From a virus: a stretch of DNA of 43,148 nt. The DNA lies in the IMG/VR virus record IMGVR_UViG_3300033997_000066, positions 1 to 43,148 of that record, one strand, 5' to 3'. Under the pieces are notes generated by a model that searched no databases, had not been told where the DNA came from, and saw nothing but the letters and a program-made list of their open reading frames with translations. Position 1 is the first letter of the stretch. The number at the start of each line of letters is the position of its first letter. Positions 1-8,003 of the stretch are shown piece after piece. Position numbers and translations under genes: made by a program.

Positions 1-127
1 ATCTTCCCAGCCCAGCGGGTAAATCGTTGTGTCCGTCACGTCTTGACTGGCAGAACCGAAGAACAGCTGGCCCATACTGTCCAGTGACAGAATCTGGTAC
101 GGGTAGACCGTAGTGTCGTTGCCATCC
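1..127. repeat. Terminal direct repeat, copy 1 (identical to 43022..43148); a circular-assembly overlap, not a biological LTR
   Basis: Read directly: atcttcccagcccagcgggtaaatcg...gtagtgtcgttgccatcc occurs at both window ends. It lies inside a coding sequence that stays in frame across the junction. Confidence 0.95.
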
Positions 128-627
128 ACCAGTGCAGCGCCTGCGAATGCTTTCCCGCTGACGCCGGCCTTGATTGTCAACGCAAGCAGGTGCGAACGCA
201 GGTTCTTGTACGTCAGCACGATGCGTTCGGCTTTCCGGTACATTTCTTCTGATACAGGCTTTGTTCCTGTGACCATCACGATTTTGAACGTGTACGGCGC
301 GCCTGGCGGGTCCATCTCCCACCACTCGACAACATCAATCAGGTAGCCCAGCGGCTTCAGCGCTCGGTCAATCGCGCCAATGGTGCCCTTGTGCTTGTGC
401 ACGTCCAGGCTGGCTTTGATAACGTCGCGCTTTTCTTGCTCGCTCCAATCAATGTCCCATTCGTCCACGCTGAACGCCCAGGCCAGCCACGGCAGTAGTT
501 CTGCGGGGCATGTGTCAGGGTTCCAGGACTCGCGCACCAGCAACGGCACGCCGGACAGCCTGTCGGTCACCTCAGACAGCGCACGTTCCTGCGCAGTGGC
601 GTTGGGCGGCAGCAGGTGGTCAGTCAT
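1..627 (-). CDS. Baseplate/tail protein I (P2 gpI-like), first 209 codons; the ORF runs off the window start and continues at 43021 downward
   Basis: Own translation from ATG 627..625: MTDHLLPPNATAQERALSEVTDRLSGVPLLVRESWNPDTCPAELLPWLAWAFSVDEWD... This carries the classic gpI LLPPN..ERAL and LPWLAWA signatures. The start overlaps the gpJ stop (ATGACTGA). This ORF is not in the supplied track because it is split by the window edge. Confidence 0.85.
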   Translation of the reverse strand, partial: MTDHLLPPNATAQERALSEVTDRLSGVPLLVRESWNPDTCPAELLPWLAWAFSVDEWDIDWSEQEKRDVIKASLDVHKHKGTIGAIDRALKPLGYLIDVVEWWEMDPPGAPYTFKIVMVTGTKPVSEEMYRKAERIVLTYKNLRSHLLALTIKAGVSGKAFAGAALVDGNDTTVYPYQILSLDSMGQLFFGSASQDVTDTTIYPLGWED

Positions 628-1519
628 CCAGGCCACCGATTGTCACGTTGGTGCCGGTGCACCAGGGCGCCTGGTCCCATTCGGCCACGATGTTGGCCAC
701 AGGACTGGTCAGGGTCACGTTCTGGACGCCTTCCTGGTGCAGCGCCGCGTACAGGCCAGACAGCGTAATGTCGCGGCCCATGCGGTGGCTTTTCTCCACG
801 TAGGCGTCCAGGGCGCTTTGCGCGGCCGCCAGGACCACTTCGCCGTCAGGGCCTGGGTACAAGGTCAGCGACGCGGAAACGGAGTAGGGCAGCAGCTCGG
901 CCGACTTGACCAGCACCTGGTCGGTTAGCGGTCGCACGTCGTCTGCGCTCAGGGTCGCGTTCACGGCAGCCAGCAGGTCTGCAGGCGCGGTGCCGTCCCC
1001 GATGTTGGACAGCACGGCGACTTCGACCTGGCCAGGCACTGGGCTTTCGGCGTTGGCGTCCAGCACGCGCGCGTCTGCGCCAAGCGTGTGGAAAATGTAG
1101 GCGCCGGTCGGGCCTGCGGTGCTGAAGCCCTCGAACGACAGCTGGACGCGGCGCCGTAGGGATTCGTCGGATTCCATCACGGCCGGCGTCGGCGGCACTG
1201 TGGTATCGTCGGCCGGCACCAGGGTAAGGCGCTGCACGTTGTAGCGCGCGGCGATCTGGTCCAGGTCGGCACCTGCGCCGTATGCCAGCGTCACGGCCTT
1301 GATGGCTTCGTTGACGCGCTGGCGCAGCAGCATTTCGCGATAGGCGCCAACCTCCATGATCTTGTAGGCCGGGTCACTCTCAACCAGGGCGGTGAACGCA
1401 GGGTCGCGCGCCTGCAGGTCGGCGAGCCACTGGGCCAGGATGGTTTCGAAGTCCAGGACTTCGACTGCGTTCGGAAACGGCAGCTTGGAAAGGTCCACTG
1501 CGGTAAAGGCGCCTGCCAC
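620..1519 (-). CDS. Baseplate assembly protein J (P2 gpJ-like)
   Basis: 299 aa. The N-terminus (DLSKLPFPNAVEVLDFETILAQWLADLQARDP.F.AL.ESDPAYK) is typical of the Baseplate_J family. It sits between W and I as in P2. Confidence 0.9.
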   Translation of the reverse strand: MAGAFTAVDLSKLPFPNAVEVLDFETILAQWLADLQARDPAFTALVESDPAYKIMEVGAYREMLLRQRVNEAIKAVTLAYGAGADLDQIAARYNVQRLTLVPADDTTVPPTPAVMESDESLRRRVQLSFEGFSTAGPTGAYIFHTLGADARVLDANAESPVPGQVEVAVLSNIGDGTAPADLLAAVNATLSADDVRPLTDQVLVKSAELLPYSVSASLTLYPGPDGEVVLAAAQSALDAYVEKSHRMGRDITLSGLYAALHQEGVQNVTLTSPVANIVAEWDQAPWCTGTNVTIGGLDD

Positions 1520-1891
1520 TTATTCCACCACTATGCCGTCAAGGGTGATTGTCTGGCCGTCCGGCAGGTATTCGCCGGTCAGGTTTAATTCGATTCGGCC
1601 GGGTTCTGCCGCCACTGCCTGGACACTTTCCAGCTTGAACCTTGGTTCCCAGCGCTCCAGTGCTTCGGCCGTGGCTGCGTACAGGTCCAGCAGCGTGGTG
1701 CGGTTCATCGGCGCGTCGATCAGTCTGAACAGCCGGCTGCCGTACTCGCGGCGCATCACGCGGCTGCCGATAGGCGTCCGTAGAATGTCGCTGATGGATT
1801 GCCGCAGGTGCTGCAGGCCGCCCAGTCGCTTGCCGGTCGATGCGTTGATTCCGTCCATGCGCGCCATTCTGCGGGGCAGGCTGGCGCGCAT
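1520..1891 (-). CDS. Baseplate assembly protein W (GPW/gp25 family)
   Basis: 123 aa. The segment GKRLGGLQHLRQSISDILRTPIGSRVMRREYGSRL matches the P2 gpW signature. The true start may be the downstream Met (MDGINAS...). Confidence 0.9.
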   Translation of the reverse strand: MRASLPRRMARMDGINASTGKRLGGLQHLRQSISDILRTPIGSRVMRREYGSRLFRLIDAPMNRTTLLDLYAATAEALERWEPRFKLESVQAVAAEPGRIELNLTGEYLPDGQTITLDGIVVE

Positions 1892-1908
1892 CCTCTTGGG
1901 CTTTTTCC
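1891..1908 (-). repeat. 18-mer GGAAAAAGCCCAAGAGGA, copy in the V-W intergenic spacer
   Basis: Plus strand reads tcctcttgggctttttcc. The copy nearly fills the 19-nt gap between the gpV stop (1913..1911) and the gpW ATG (1891..1889). Its last A is the A of that ATG. Confidence 0.95.
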
Positions 1909-1910
1909 AG

Positions 1911-2543
1911 CTACGCGCCGCCGTCGCCGTCGCCGTCCGTGATAGAGCCAGACGCGGTGATGTTGCCGTTTACTGCGATGTTTCCCGTTACTGCGATGTT
2001 GCCGGTAATGGCTGCAGTGGTTGCGCCGCCAGAACCAACCAGGCCGCTCTTGTAGGTCAGCACACCATCAACTGTCAGGGCGTCTGTGCAGTGCACCAGC
2101 GGAGTGTTCAGGGTCACGCTGGTGTCGGCGTTGATGGATGCCACCTTGCAGTTGATGACCACGTTACCGGACCCGGCAACGGTGACGGTCAGCGTGTTGG
2201 TCGCGCTGTTGTAATCAACCGTGCTGCCGTCAGGGTACACGGTGGTTTCCTGGTCCTTGCTCGCGGCCGGCGCTGGGCTGTCGTCCTGGTACAGCGAGCC
2301 GATGACTACGGCCTGGCCCATGTCGCCGTAGGGCGACGCGATAAGCACCTGTTCGTCAACCTGGGGCGGCGACCACTGGCGGGTCTTGCCAGCTCGCGCA
2401 GCGCCCCATGGCAGCCAGTCGGTGGTCAGGCCGGCAGTGCTGACCTTCACGCGGGCGTTCGCTTCGTCAAGCTCCAAGATTTTGCCCACGCGCACCAGGT
2501 TTGCCACCTGGCGGTTCAGCTCGCCCAGTTCGTAGTCGCTCAT
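1911..2543 (-). CDS. Baseplate spike/assembly protein V (P2 gpV-like)
   Basis: 210 aa. N-terminus: LNRQVANLVRVGKILELDEANARVKVSTAGLTTDWLPW...SPPQVDEQVLIASPYGDMGQAVVIGSLY (phage baseplate assembly V OB-fold). The C-terminal part is a Gly/Thr-rich repeat spike. Confidence 0.9.
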   Translation of the reverse strand: MSDYELGELNRQVANLVRVGKILELDEANARVKVSTAGLTTDWLPWGAARAGKTRQWSPPQVDEQVLIASPYGDMGQAVVIGSLYQDDSPAPAASKDQETTVYPDGSTVDYNSATNTLTVTVAGSGNVVINCKVASINADTSVTLNTPLVHCTDALTVDGVLTYKSGLVGSGGATTAAITGNIAVTGNIAVNGNITASGSITDGDGDGGA

Positions 2544-3112
2544 GGGTCCATTCTCTCGTAACCGTCGCCATCGGCGCCATTGACGTGACCCTGCGAATAA
2601 ACCTCATCCGGCACCGTGCCTTCGTCGGTCCAAACGGTCTTGCCCAGGTGGATGACCTGCTGCCACTCGACGCGCCAGACTTCGTACTGCGGCAGGCCCT
2701 GGTCGCTGTCGCGGCCCATAAGCTTGAAGTCATCTTCATAGGCGCCAATGACCTGCGCCGGCCCTGTTGGTAGCTTCGGCGTGGTGCCGCTGTAGTTGGT
2801 CCAGCGGCGCTTGCGCAGCCAAGCGGCGAGTGCAGCAGCCAGCAGGCGGATGGACTGCTTGGCCTCGGGCGTGCGGAACCCAATAACCAGTTCGGCTTCG
2901 AACTTCGCCAGGACGGCCAGCTGCTCGGTGCCTGGGTCTTCGTCCTCCAGGTTTTCGAACTCGGTCATTTCCAGCAGGCAGGCCGGCTTCGGCAGCGTCT
3001 TGCGTTCCTCGCGGTAGAACTCGACGGTTACCAGGTCAGGAAACGCCGCCTTGATATCGGCCACGATGGCGTCGTGCAGCTCGGCCAGGTCAACTTCGGT
3101 ATTGGCGTTCAT
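2540..3112 (-). CDS. Hypothetical virion protein, possibly tail completion/terminator
   Basis: 190 aa ORF, translationally coupled on both sides. It lies between the gpZ-like gene and gpV, where P2 has R/S and lambda has U. I recognise no motif with certainty. Confidence 0.5.
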   Translation of the reverse strand: MNANTEVDLAELHDAIVADIKAAFPDLVTVEFYREERKTLPKPACLLEMTEFENLEDEDPGTEQLAVLAKFEAELVIGFRTPEAKQSIRLLAAALAAWLRKRRWTNYSGTTPKLPTGPAQVIGAYEDDFKLMGRDSDQGLPQYEVWRVEWQQVIHLGKTVWTDEGTVPDEVYSQGHVNGADGDGYERMDP

Positions 3113-3672
3113 CAGGATTCACCCAGCTTGAATTTCACGCGGGCGCGCAGGTCGCGCCGGAAGTGCTGCCAAAAAACGTCCAGCACCTGGTCAAAAATTT
3201 CGTCTTCGATGAATTCAATAGTCTTGCTCTCGATGGCGTGAAGCTGCTCGGCGACAGGCAGGCGGGCTTCCTTCACTCGCTTGAAAATGGTTTGCTTGCC
3301 CTTAACCTTGCTGCGGCCGACAAACCCGCCGTCGTACTCGGTGCCACGGAAGCTGGCGCCGTCCTTGGTCCTGGTAGGTCGCCCCTTGAAGCTGGACACA
3401 GGTAGGTCGTTCAGGCCGTACCACAGGGACATGCCTTGGTCGCGCGAGCCGGCAGCCGACATGCGCAACTTGATGGACTTCAGGCGCTTGCGCAGGACGG
3501 TGGCAGCGCGCAGCTGCAGCACCTTGGTCAGGCCCTTGGACGACATGCGCCGCAGGGTGGCTTCGGTGCGGCGCATGGCGCGGCCTAACGCGAAGATGGT
3601 CTGCTTGTCAGTGGCCTGCAGTTCCTCGCCGACCTGCAGCAGCTCGCGCCAATCAATGTCATAGTGCAGCAT
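3112..3672 (-). CDS. Minor tail protein Z-like (lambda gpZ family)
   Basis: About 186 aa from ATG 3672 (the track ORF begins at a TTG at 3693). Size and position directly after the FII-like gene match lambda gpZ. Confidence 0.65.
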   Translation of the reverse strand: MLHYDIDWRELLQVGEELQATDKQTIFALGRAMRRTEATLRRMSSKGLTKVLQLRAATVLRKRLKSIKLRMSAAGSRDQGMSLWYGLNDLPVSSFKGRPTRTKDGASFRGTEYDGGFVGRSKVKGKQTIFKRVKEARLPVAEQLHAIESKTIEFIEDEIFDQVLDVFWQHFRRDLRARVKFKLGES

Positions 3673-4000
3673 GCTGGTCACCGTCGCGCGCAAGGCGTAC
3701 CAGCGCCCAGCCGGTGCCGTCCGCTTCAGGGCTTGCGTAAACGTCGAACGTCTCGCCGGCCACGGTCACGCGGTCGTACTTGCTGATGCCCACCATGTCC
3801 GATTCCTTACCGGAAATGCGCGGTTCGCTGGTGTCCGCTTCGTACTCGCCCAGCTGGGCGTTCAGATACGGGTCATCGAACAGCACCGTTATGGTCCTGG
3901 TCGTGCCATCCTGAAACGTGACGACGGCGGATTGTGCAAACCCGCCGTCGTCATCAGTCTGCAGGAAGTCGTCCAGGTTTTCCCAGGACGGCCCGCGCAT
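3659..4000 (-). CDS. Head-tail attachment protein (lambda gpFII-like)
   Basis: 113 aa. VLFDDPYLNAQLGEYEADTSEPRISGKESDMVGISKYDRVTVAGETFDVYASPEADGTGWALVRL parallels lambda FII (GVFDDPE...SSPSLFVRTDEV..L.RGDTLTI.GE.F.V..V.PDD.G...L.L). Confidence 0.75.
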   Translation of the reverse strand: MRGPSWENLDDFLQTDDDGGFAQSAVVTFQDGTTRTITVLFDDPYLNAQLGEYEADTSEPRISGKESDMVGISKYDRVTVAGETFDVYASPEADGTGWALVRLARDGDQHAAL

Positions 4001-4308
4001 TACTCGGCCTGGTCTTTCTTGGCGGCTTCGATAGCGGCCAGGATTTCTGCCTTGGTGTTGCTGTCGCCGACAGTGATAACGCCCAGCTCAGCAGCCAGCG
4101 CAACCAGCTGCGCCTTGTTCAGCTTCGACAGGTCGGGGTCGTCGCCGTCGTCTTCCACGCCGTCTTCAGCGGTCGCCAGCACGGCCTTGCCACGGTGCAG
4201 CAGGTTCTTGGCGGTTGGTTCGTCCACTTCCACCAGGCCACCGGCCGCGACCACTTCGCCGTCCACAGCAATGGCGCTGGTCAGCTTCAGAACAAAACTC
4301 TTACCCAT
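4000..4308 (-). CDS. Hypothetical head-associated protein with a C-terminal HeH/SAP-like motif
   Basis: 102 aa directly downstream of the capsid gene. It has an acidic linker followed by LSKLNKAQLVALAAELGV...TKAEILAAIEAAKK. Confidence 0.55.
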   Translation of the reverse strand: MGKSFVLKLTSAIAVDGEVVAAGGLVEVDEPTAKNLLHRGKAVLATAEDGVEDDGDDPDLSKLNKAQLVALAAELGVITVGDSNTKAEILAAIEAAKKDQAE

Positions 4309-4327
4309 TTGCTCGATCCTCGATCAG

Positions 4328-4353
4328 GAAGAAAAGGCCCGCCGCAGCGGGCC
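4328..4353 (-). terminator. Stem-loop plus U-tract after the major capsid gene
   Basis: Minus strand reads GGCCCGC-TGCG-GCGGGCC followed by TTTTCTTCC. Confidence 0.6.
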
Positions 4354-4366
4354 TATCCGGTGGCCG

Positions 4367-6388
4367 TTAGGCCGGCTTGCGGCCCAGGCAGAACGACTGC
4401 AGGCGGCGCAGGACGAAATCCACGTCCTGGAACACCACGATGCGCAGCTTGCCCTTGGTGCTGTTGCTGTACGGGTCCACGGTCAGGTCCAGGCCGCCCC
4501 ACAGACCGATAATCAGGTCAGCGAAGTTGCCCATGAACACGTCGCCGTTGGCCACCTGGTTGGTCACGTCGGTGCCGTAGCCGTTCACGGTGTTGCCCTG
4601 TTCCCACACCGGGGCGCCGTTGGTGCCGGTGAACTTCTGCGTGGTCTTCAGAGCGCCGCGCATGCGGGCGTTCATGATGTAGGCCATGCTGTCCACGTCG
4701 GCGTTGTCGGCCGCGATTTCGGTTTCCATCTGCACCAGCTCGGCGTAGGTGGGGTTCACAGCGGCGAAGTTCACGGCGTTGATACCGGTGTAATTCGCGA
4801 TGCCGCGCGGCTGGTTGGCGGTGCCGGTGCCGTAGTAGCCGGCCAGGTCGATGGTGGTAGCCAGCGCCGAAGCCAGGTCGGAACGCACCAGCCCTTCAGC
4901 GTCCAGGCTCGACTGCTGCAGGAACTTGCGGGTGATTTCGGTAAACGCGCCCACGGTCTTTGGCGACAGGCTGATTTGGTCAAGGTCCGGAGCGCCTTCG
5001 CCTGCGGCTTCGTCTTCACCCAGCCAGTAACCCTGTGCACCCGCGATCTGGCGCGGAATGTCCAGGTTGCCCACCAAGCCCGACAGCACGCGGCCGCGCT
5101 GCATGATGGTGTTGCGGTTGCGCAGCATTTCCACGAACGACTGCGACAGCAGGTCGGTGGCGATGGCGTAACCACCGGTATTGCCTGGGGCGCCGCCAGC
5201 GGTCGAAGTGTTCAGGGCGCGCGACAGCACGTCGGTGGGGATCAGGATGCCTTGCGGTTCCTTGTCCGCACGCTCGGCGGCGGCGCGGCTGGCCTCAAAT
5301 TCGAAGGCAGCGGCTTCCTGGGCGCGCTTGTCGGTCGGGTTCACCAGGGCGCGCACGACGTTCAGGAACGAATAGTTGCGCACTTCCTTGTCGGTCAGGC
5401 CGATGTTCTGGTCTGCGGTCTGCTCGTTCAGCGGGCGGCTGCCGCGCTTGTTGATGTGGTCCAGGGCGGCGCGGGCGAATTCGTCGGTGGACTTGCCGTC
5501 CTTCACGAACTCGCGGGCCAGGTCGCTGCACTGGTAGCGCTCGCCCATTTCCAGGATGGACGCGGTGCGCTTGCGCTCGGCCTCGGTGCCGGAACGCTGG
5601 TGGCTGCGCACGTCGTCGCCGGCCTTCTCCAGGGTTTCCAGAACCTTGGTGATGTTGCCTTGTTCGTCCACTTCGGCGCGGACCAGGTTGCCAGCGGCAT
5701 CCCGCGTTACAATGATTTTCATGTTTCTGAATTCCTCAGACTTTGGCTGTTCAGTGGTCGCGCCACTTTCGACGGTGGCAGTTTGCGTGGGCGCGGCCTC
5801 GGGTTCCTCTTGGGCTTTTTCCATGCTGCGGCCCACGCCCACGGTGTGGTCGAACGGCACGCTGACCAGGGAAATTTCCAGCGGTTCCCAGTCGGTGATG
5901 CGGTAAACGTCGGTATCGTCGCGCGTCTCCACCAGCTTGGCACCGTGGACCCGGTAGCCGACAGAAACGTGCTTGCGAATGCCGTCTACAACGTCCTGGA
6001 AAATCTCATTGGCACGCGCACTTCGGCCGAAGCGCACCACCGCACGGCCCCGCCGGTCGGCTCCAATGGTGACGGATTCCACAACGCCCACCTGGTCGGT
6101 CCAGTCGTGGTCAACCAGCAGCGCCCCACCGTCGCGCAGACGGTCCAGGCGGATGCTTTCGGGGTTGTGGTCCAGGATTTCGATGCCAAACCAGCGTTCG
6201 CCCTCGAATTCGGACGAAAACGCCAGCTCTACGGTGCGCGCGTCAACGTCGAAGCTGCGAACTTCCATCACGCGCTGCAGGTCGCCTTTCGCGTTGAAGT
6301 CCGGCAGCGGCTTGTCGCCGTCGCGCGTCATGTAGGTGCCCACCAGGGCGGCAGCCATGACGGCTGCAGCAAGTTTACTCTTTCGCAT
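4367..6388 (-). CDS. Prohead protease (HK97/U35-S78 family) fused to an HK97-fold major capsid protein
   Basis: The N-terminal third (FDVDARTVELAFSSEFEGERWFGIEILDH...LLVDHDW.DQVGVVESV) is protease-like. The C-terminal ~400 aa has a coiled delta-like segment and an MCP body. I prefer ATG 6388 (MRKSK, GGAG 9 nt upstream) over the track GTG at 6403. Confidence 0.85.
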   Translation of the reverse strand: MRKSKLAAAVMAAALVGTYMTRDGDKPLPDFNAKGDLQRVMEVRSFDVDARTVELAFSSEFEGERWFGIEILDHNPESIRLDRLRDGGALLVDHDWTDQVGVVESVTIGADRRGRAVVRFGRSARANEIFQDVVDGIRKHVSVGYRVHGAKLVETRDDTDVYRITDWEPLEISLVSVPFDHTVGVGRSMEKAQEEPEAAPTQTATVESGATTEQPKSEEFRNMKIIVTRDAAGNLVRAEVDEQGNITKVLETLEKAGDDVRSHQRSGTEAERKRTASILEMGERYQCSDLAREFVKDGKSTDEFARAALDHINKRGSRPLNEQTADQNIGLTDKEVRNYSFLNVVRALVNPTDKRAQEAAAFEFEASRAAAERADKEPQGILIPTDVLSRALNTSTAGGAPGNTGGYAIATDLLSQSFVEMLRNRNTIMQRGRVLSGLVGNLDIPRQIAGAQGYWLGEDEAAGEGAPDLDQISLSPKTVGAFTEITRKFLQQSSLDAEGLVRSDLASALATTIDLAGYYGTGTANQPRGIANYTGINAVNFAAVNPTYAELVQMETEIAADNADVDSMAYIMNARMRGALKTTQKFTGTNGAPVWEQGNTVNGYGTDVTNQVANGDVFMGNFADLIIGLWGGLDLTVDPYSNSTKGKLRIVVFQDVDFVLRRLQSFCLGRKPA
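5805..5822 (-). repeat. 18-mer GGAAAAAGCCCAAGAGGA, copy inside the protease-capsid linker
   Basis: Plus strand reads tcctcttgggctttttcc. It is read in frame as E-K-A-Q-E-E (..SMEKAQEEPEAAP..). Confidence 0.95.
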
Positions 6389-8003
6389 TCTGCGGTGCTC
6401 CACTCGGTGCAGGTGCAGGTTTTTGGGGTTGCTTGCCCATGCTCAGCATGACCAGTTCGGTGGCGTCCTTTTCGTTGATGCCTTCGGCCACCATGGCGTC
6501 AATCATCGCGCGAATGTCGCGTGCGGTTTCGGCCCACAGGGTGGCCGGGTCCTTGCCCTGCTCGCGGATGATGGCGCTGGGGCTGGTCAGCATGTTGTTC
6601 TTGCTGTCCACAGCCGCGTCCACGTCGGCGCGCGGGTCGATCCACTGCCAGCGGCGTGGCTGCCAGGCCACTGCGCTGTAACGGTCGATGCGCTCGGGCT
6701 TCAGCGGGCGACCGCGAACGGTCAGCTTCCCGCCCAGCAGCGCGCGCGGCAACCAGGCTTCGAACACAGGCTGAATCAGGCTTTCAACCAGCCATTCCTG
6801 CAGGTCTTTCCAGTGCTCGCGTTCGTCCAGCGTGCCTTGCCGGATGCTGGAAAAGTTCACGCCTTCCAGGTCGCTCGACAGGTTGTTGTACAGGACGCCG
6901 AAACCGGCAGCGATACCGCGCAGCATGGTCTTGTAGAACGGTGCGAACTCGCCAGCCGGGTACTGCGGGTTCCATTCGTGCAGCTCGGCGCCTTCAGGCA
7001 GCACCGGGAAGGTGCCGGCTTCGGCGTCGATGCTCAGCATTTCCTGCACTTCGTCGTCGTCCAGGTCGTCCAGGAAGTCAGGGCGCTGGCCATCTTTCCA
7101 CTGGATGAAGCCCATTTTCGACGCACCCACGCGGGCGTTGATAATTGCCGCGTCTTCCATGCCGTTCAGGTGGCGCATGCGGAACAGGCCGGTGGCCATC
7201 CACGGCAGGCCGCGTTTCTGGCCCACCATGTCTTCCAGGAAGCCATGCACAATGTCGTCGGCCGGCACGCGCACGAAGTTGCGGCCGCCAAAGCGGTATT
7301 CAGATTCGCGTTCGTCGGTGGTGGTGAACAGGTAGAACAGCGGCCGGCCGTACTTGTTGAACTCGATGCCTTGCTTAATGAAGGTATCGCGGCCGGTGCG
7401 TTCTTCGTTCACGTCCACAGGGCAGCGCTGCGGGTCCAGCACCTGCAGGGCGAAGCCCCACGGCCCAGCGTCGCGGCCATAGATCAGGCGCACCATGAAT
7501 TCGCCGTCTTTCACGGCGCTGTTCACGCAGCCGGCCTGAATGGCGCGCCAGGAACGCTTGCCGGTCACGTCGCAGTTCTTGCGGTTGCCCCAGGCTTCAA
7601 ACCCAGCCTCAATGGCCTGGTTTGCCAGGGTGTCCAGCTTGCCCCTGTCGTCGCGGCTTTGCGCCTGCAGCTGCACGCCCTGCGGCCCGACGATGTTCTG
7701 GCGGCACATGCGCAGGAAAGACTTTGCATAGTCGTTGTTGCTCGACTGCTCGCGAGAGCGTGCCACAAGGATGCGCTGGTTGCGGTCCACCACCTGGTCG
7801 GCGGTCAGCGGGGTGCTGCCCCATTCGGTGCCGAAGCGGTCAGCCTTGCCGGCCGCGTACATGCGCGCGTGCACCCGGCTGCGCAGCGGCAGCCCCTGCT
7901 TTGGCGCACCGCCGCTTGTGTTCTGCTGCGGTTGGATCAGCGGAACGCCGGAACCCGAACGGGAAGCTGCGGCCTTTTCCTGCGCGATCTTCCACGAATT
8001 CAT
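6375..8003 (-). CDS. Portal protein, lambda family
   Basis: 542 aa. Position between the gpW-like and protease genes fits. The sequence pattern is that of a lambda gpB-type portal. Confidence 0.9.
   Translation of the reverse strand: MNSWKIAQEKAAASRSGSGVPLIQPQQNTSGGAPKQGLPLRSRVHARMYAAGKADRFGTEWGSTPLTADQVVDRNQRILVARSREQSSNNDYAKSFLRMCRQNIVGPQGVQLQAQSRDDRGKLDTLANQAIEAGFEAWGNRKNCDVTGKRSWRAIQAGCVNSAVKDGEFMVRLIYGRDAGPWGFALQVLDPQRCPVDVNEERTGRDTFIKQGIEFNKYGRPLFYLFTTTDERESEYRFGGRNFVRVPADDIVHGFLEDMVGQKRGLPWMATGLFRMRHLNGMEDAAIINARVGASKMGFIQWKDGQRPDFLDDLDDDEVQEMLSIDAEAGTFPVLPEGAELHEWNPQYPAGEFAPFYKTMLRGIAAGFGVLYNNLSSDLEGVNFSSIRQGTLDEREHWKDLQEWLVESLIQPVFEAWLPRALLGGKLTVRGRPLKPERIDRYSAVAWQPRRWQWIDPRADVDAAVDSKNNMLTSPSAIIREQGKDPATLWAETARDIRAMIDAMVAEGINEKDATELVMLSMGKQPQKPAPAPSGAPQNAKE

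Noticed and set aside
1-127. Terminal repeat read as attL/attR, or as physical terminal redundancy
   Set aside because: It lies inside the gpI coding sequence, which stays in frame across the join, and it is far from int and the arm repeats. Its length matches a typical assembler k-mer overlap. Physical ends are more likely at cos near 12314..12469.
3671-6451. 926-aa plus-strand ORF, plus similar giants at 6336..8153, 33951..36281, 37260..39473, 39428..41116, 8861..10612 and 17437..19011
   Set aside because: They lie antisense to genes with unmistakable family signatures (capsid, portal, tape measure, sheath, fibre, TerL, primase). Their translations are low-complexity and rich in Ala, Gly, Arg, Val, His and Gln. 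These are typical GC-rich shadow ORFs.
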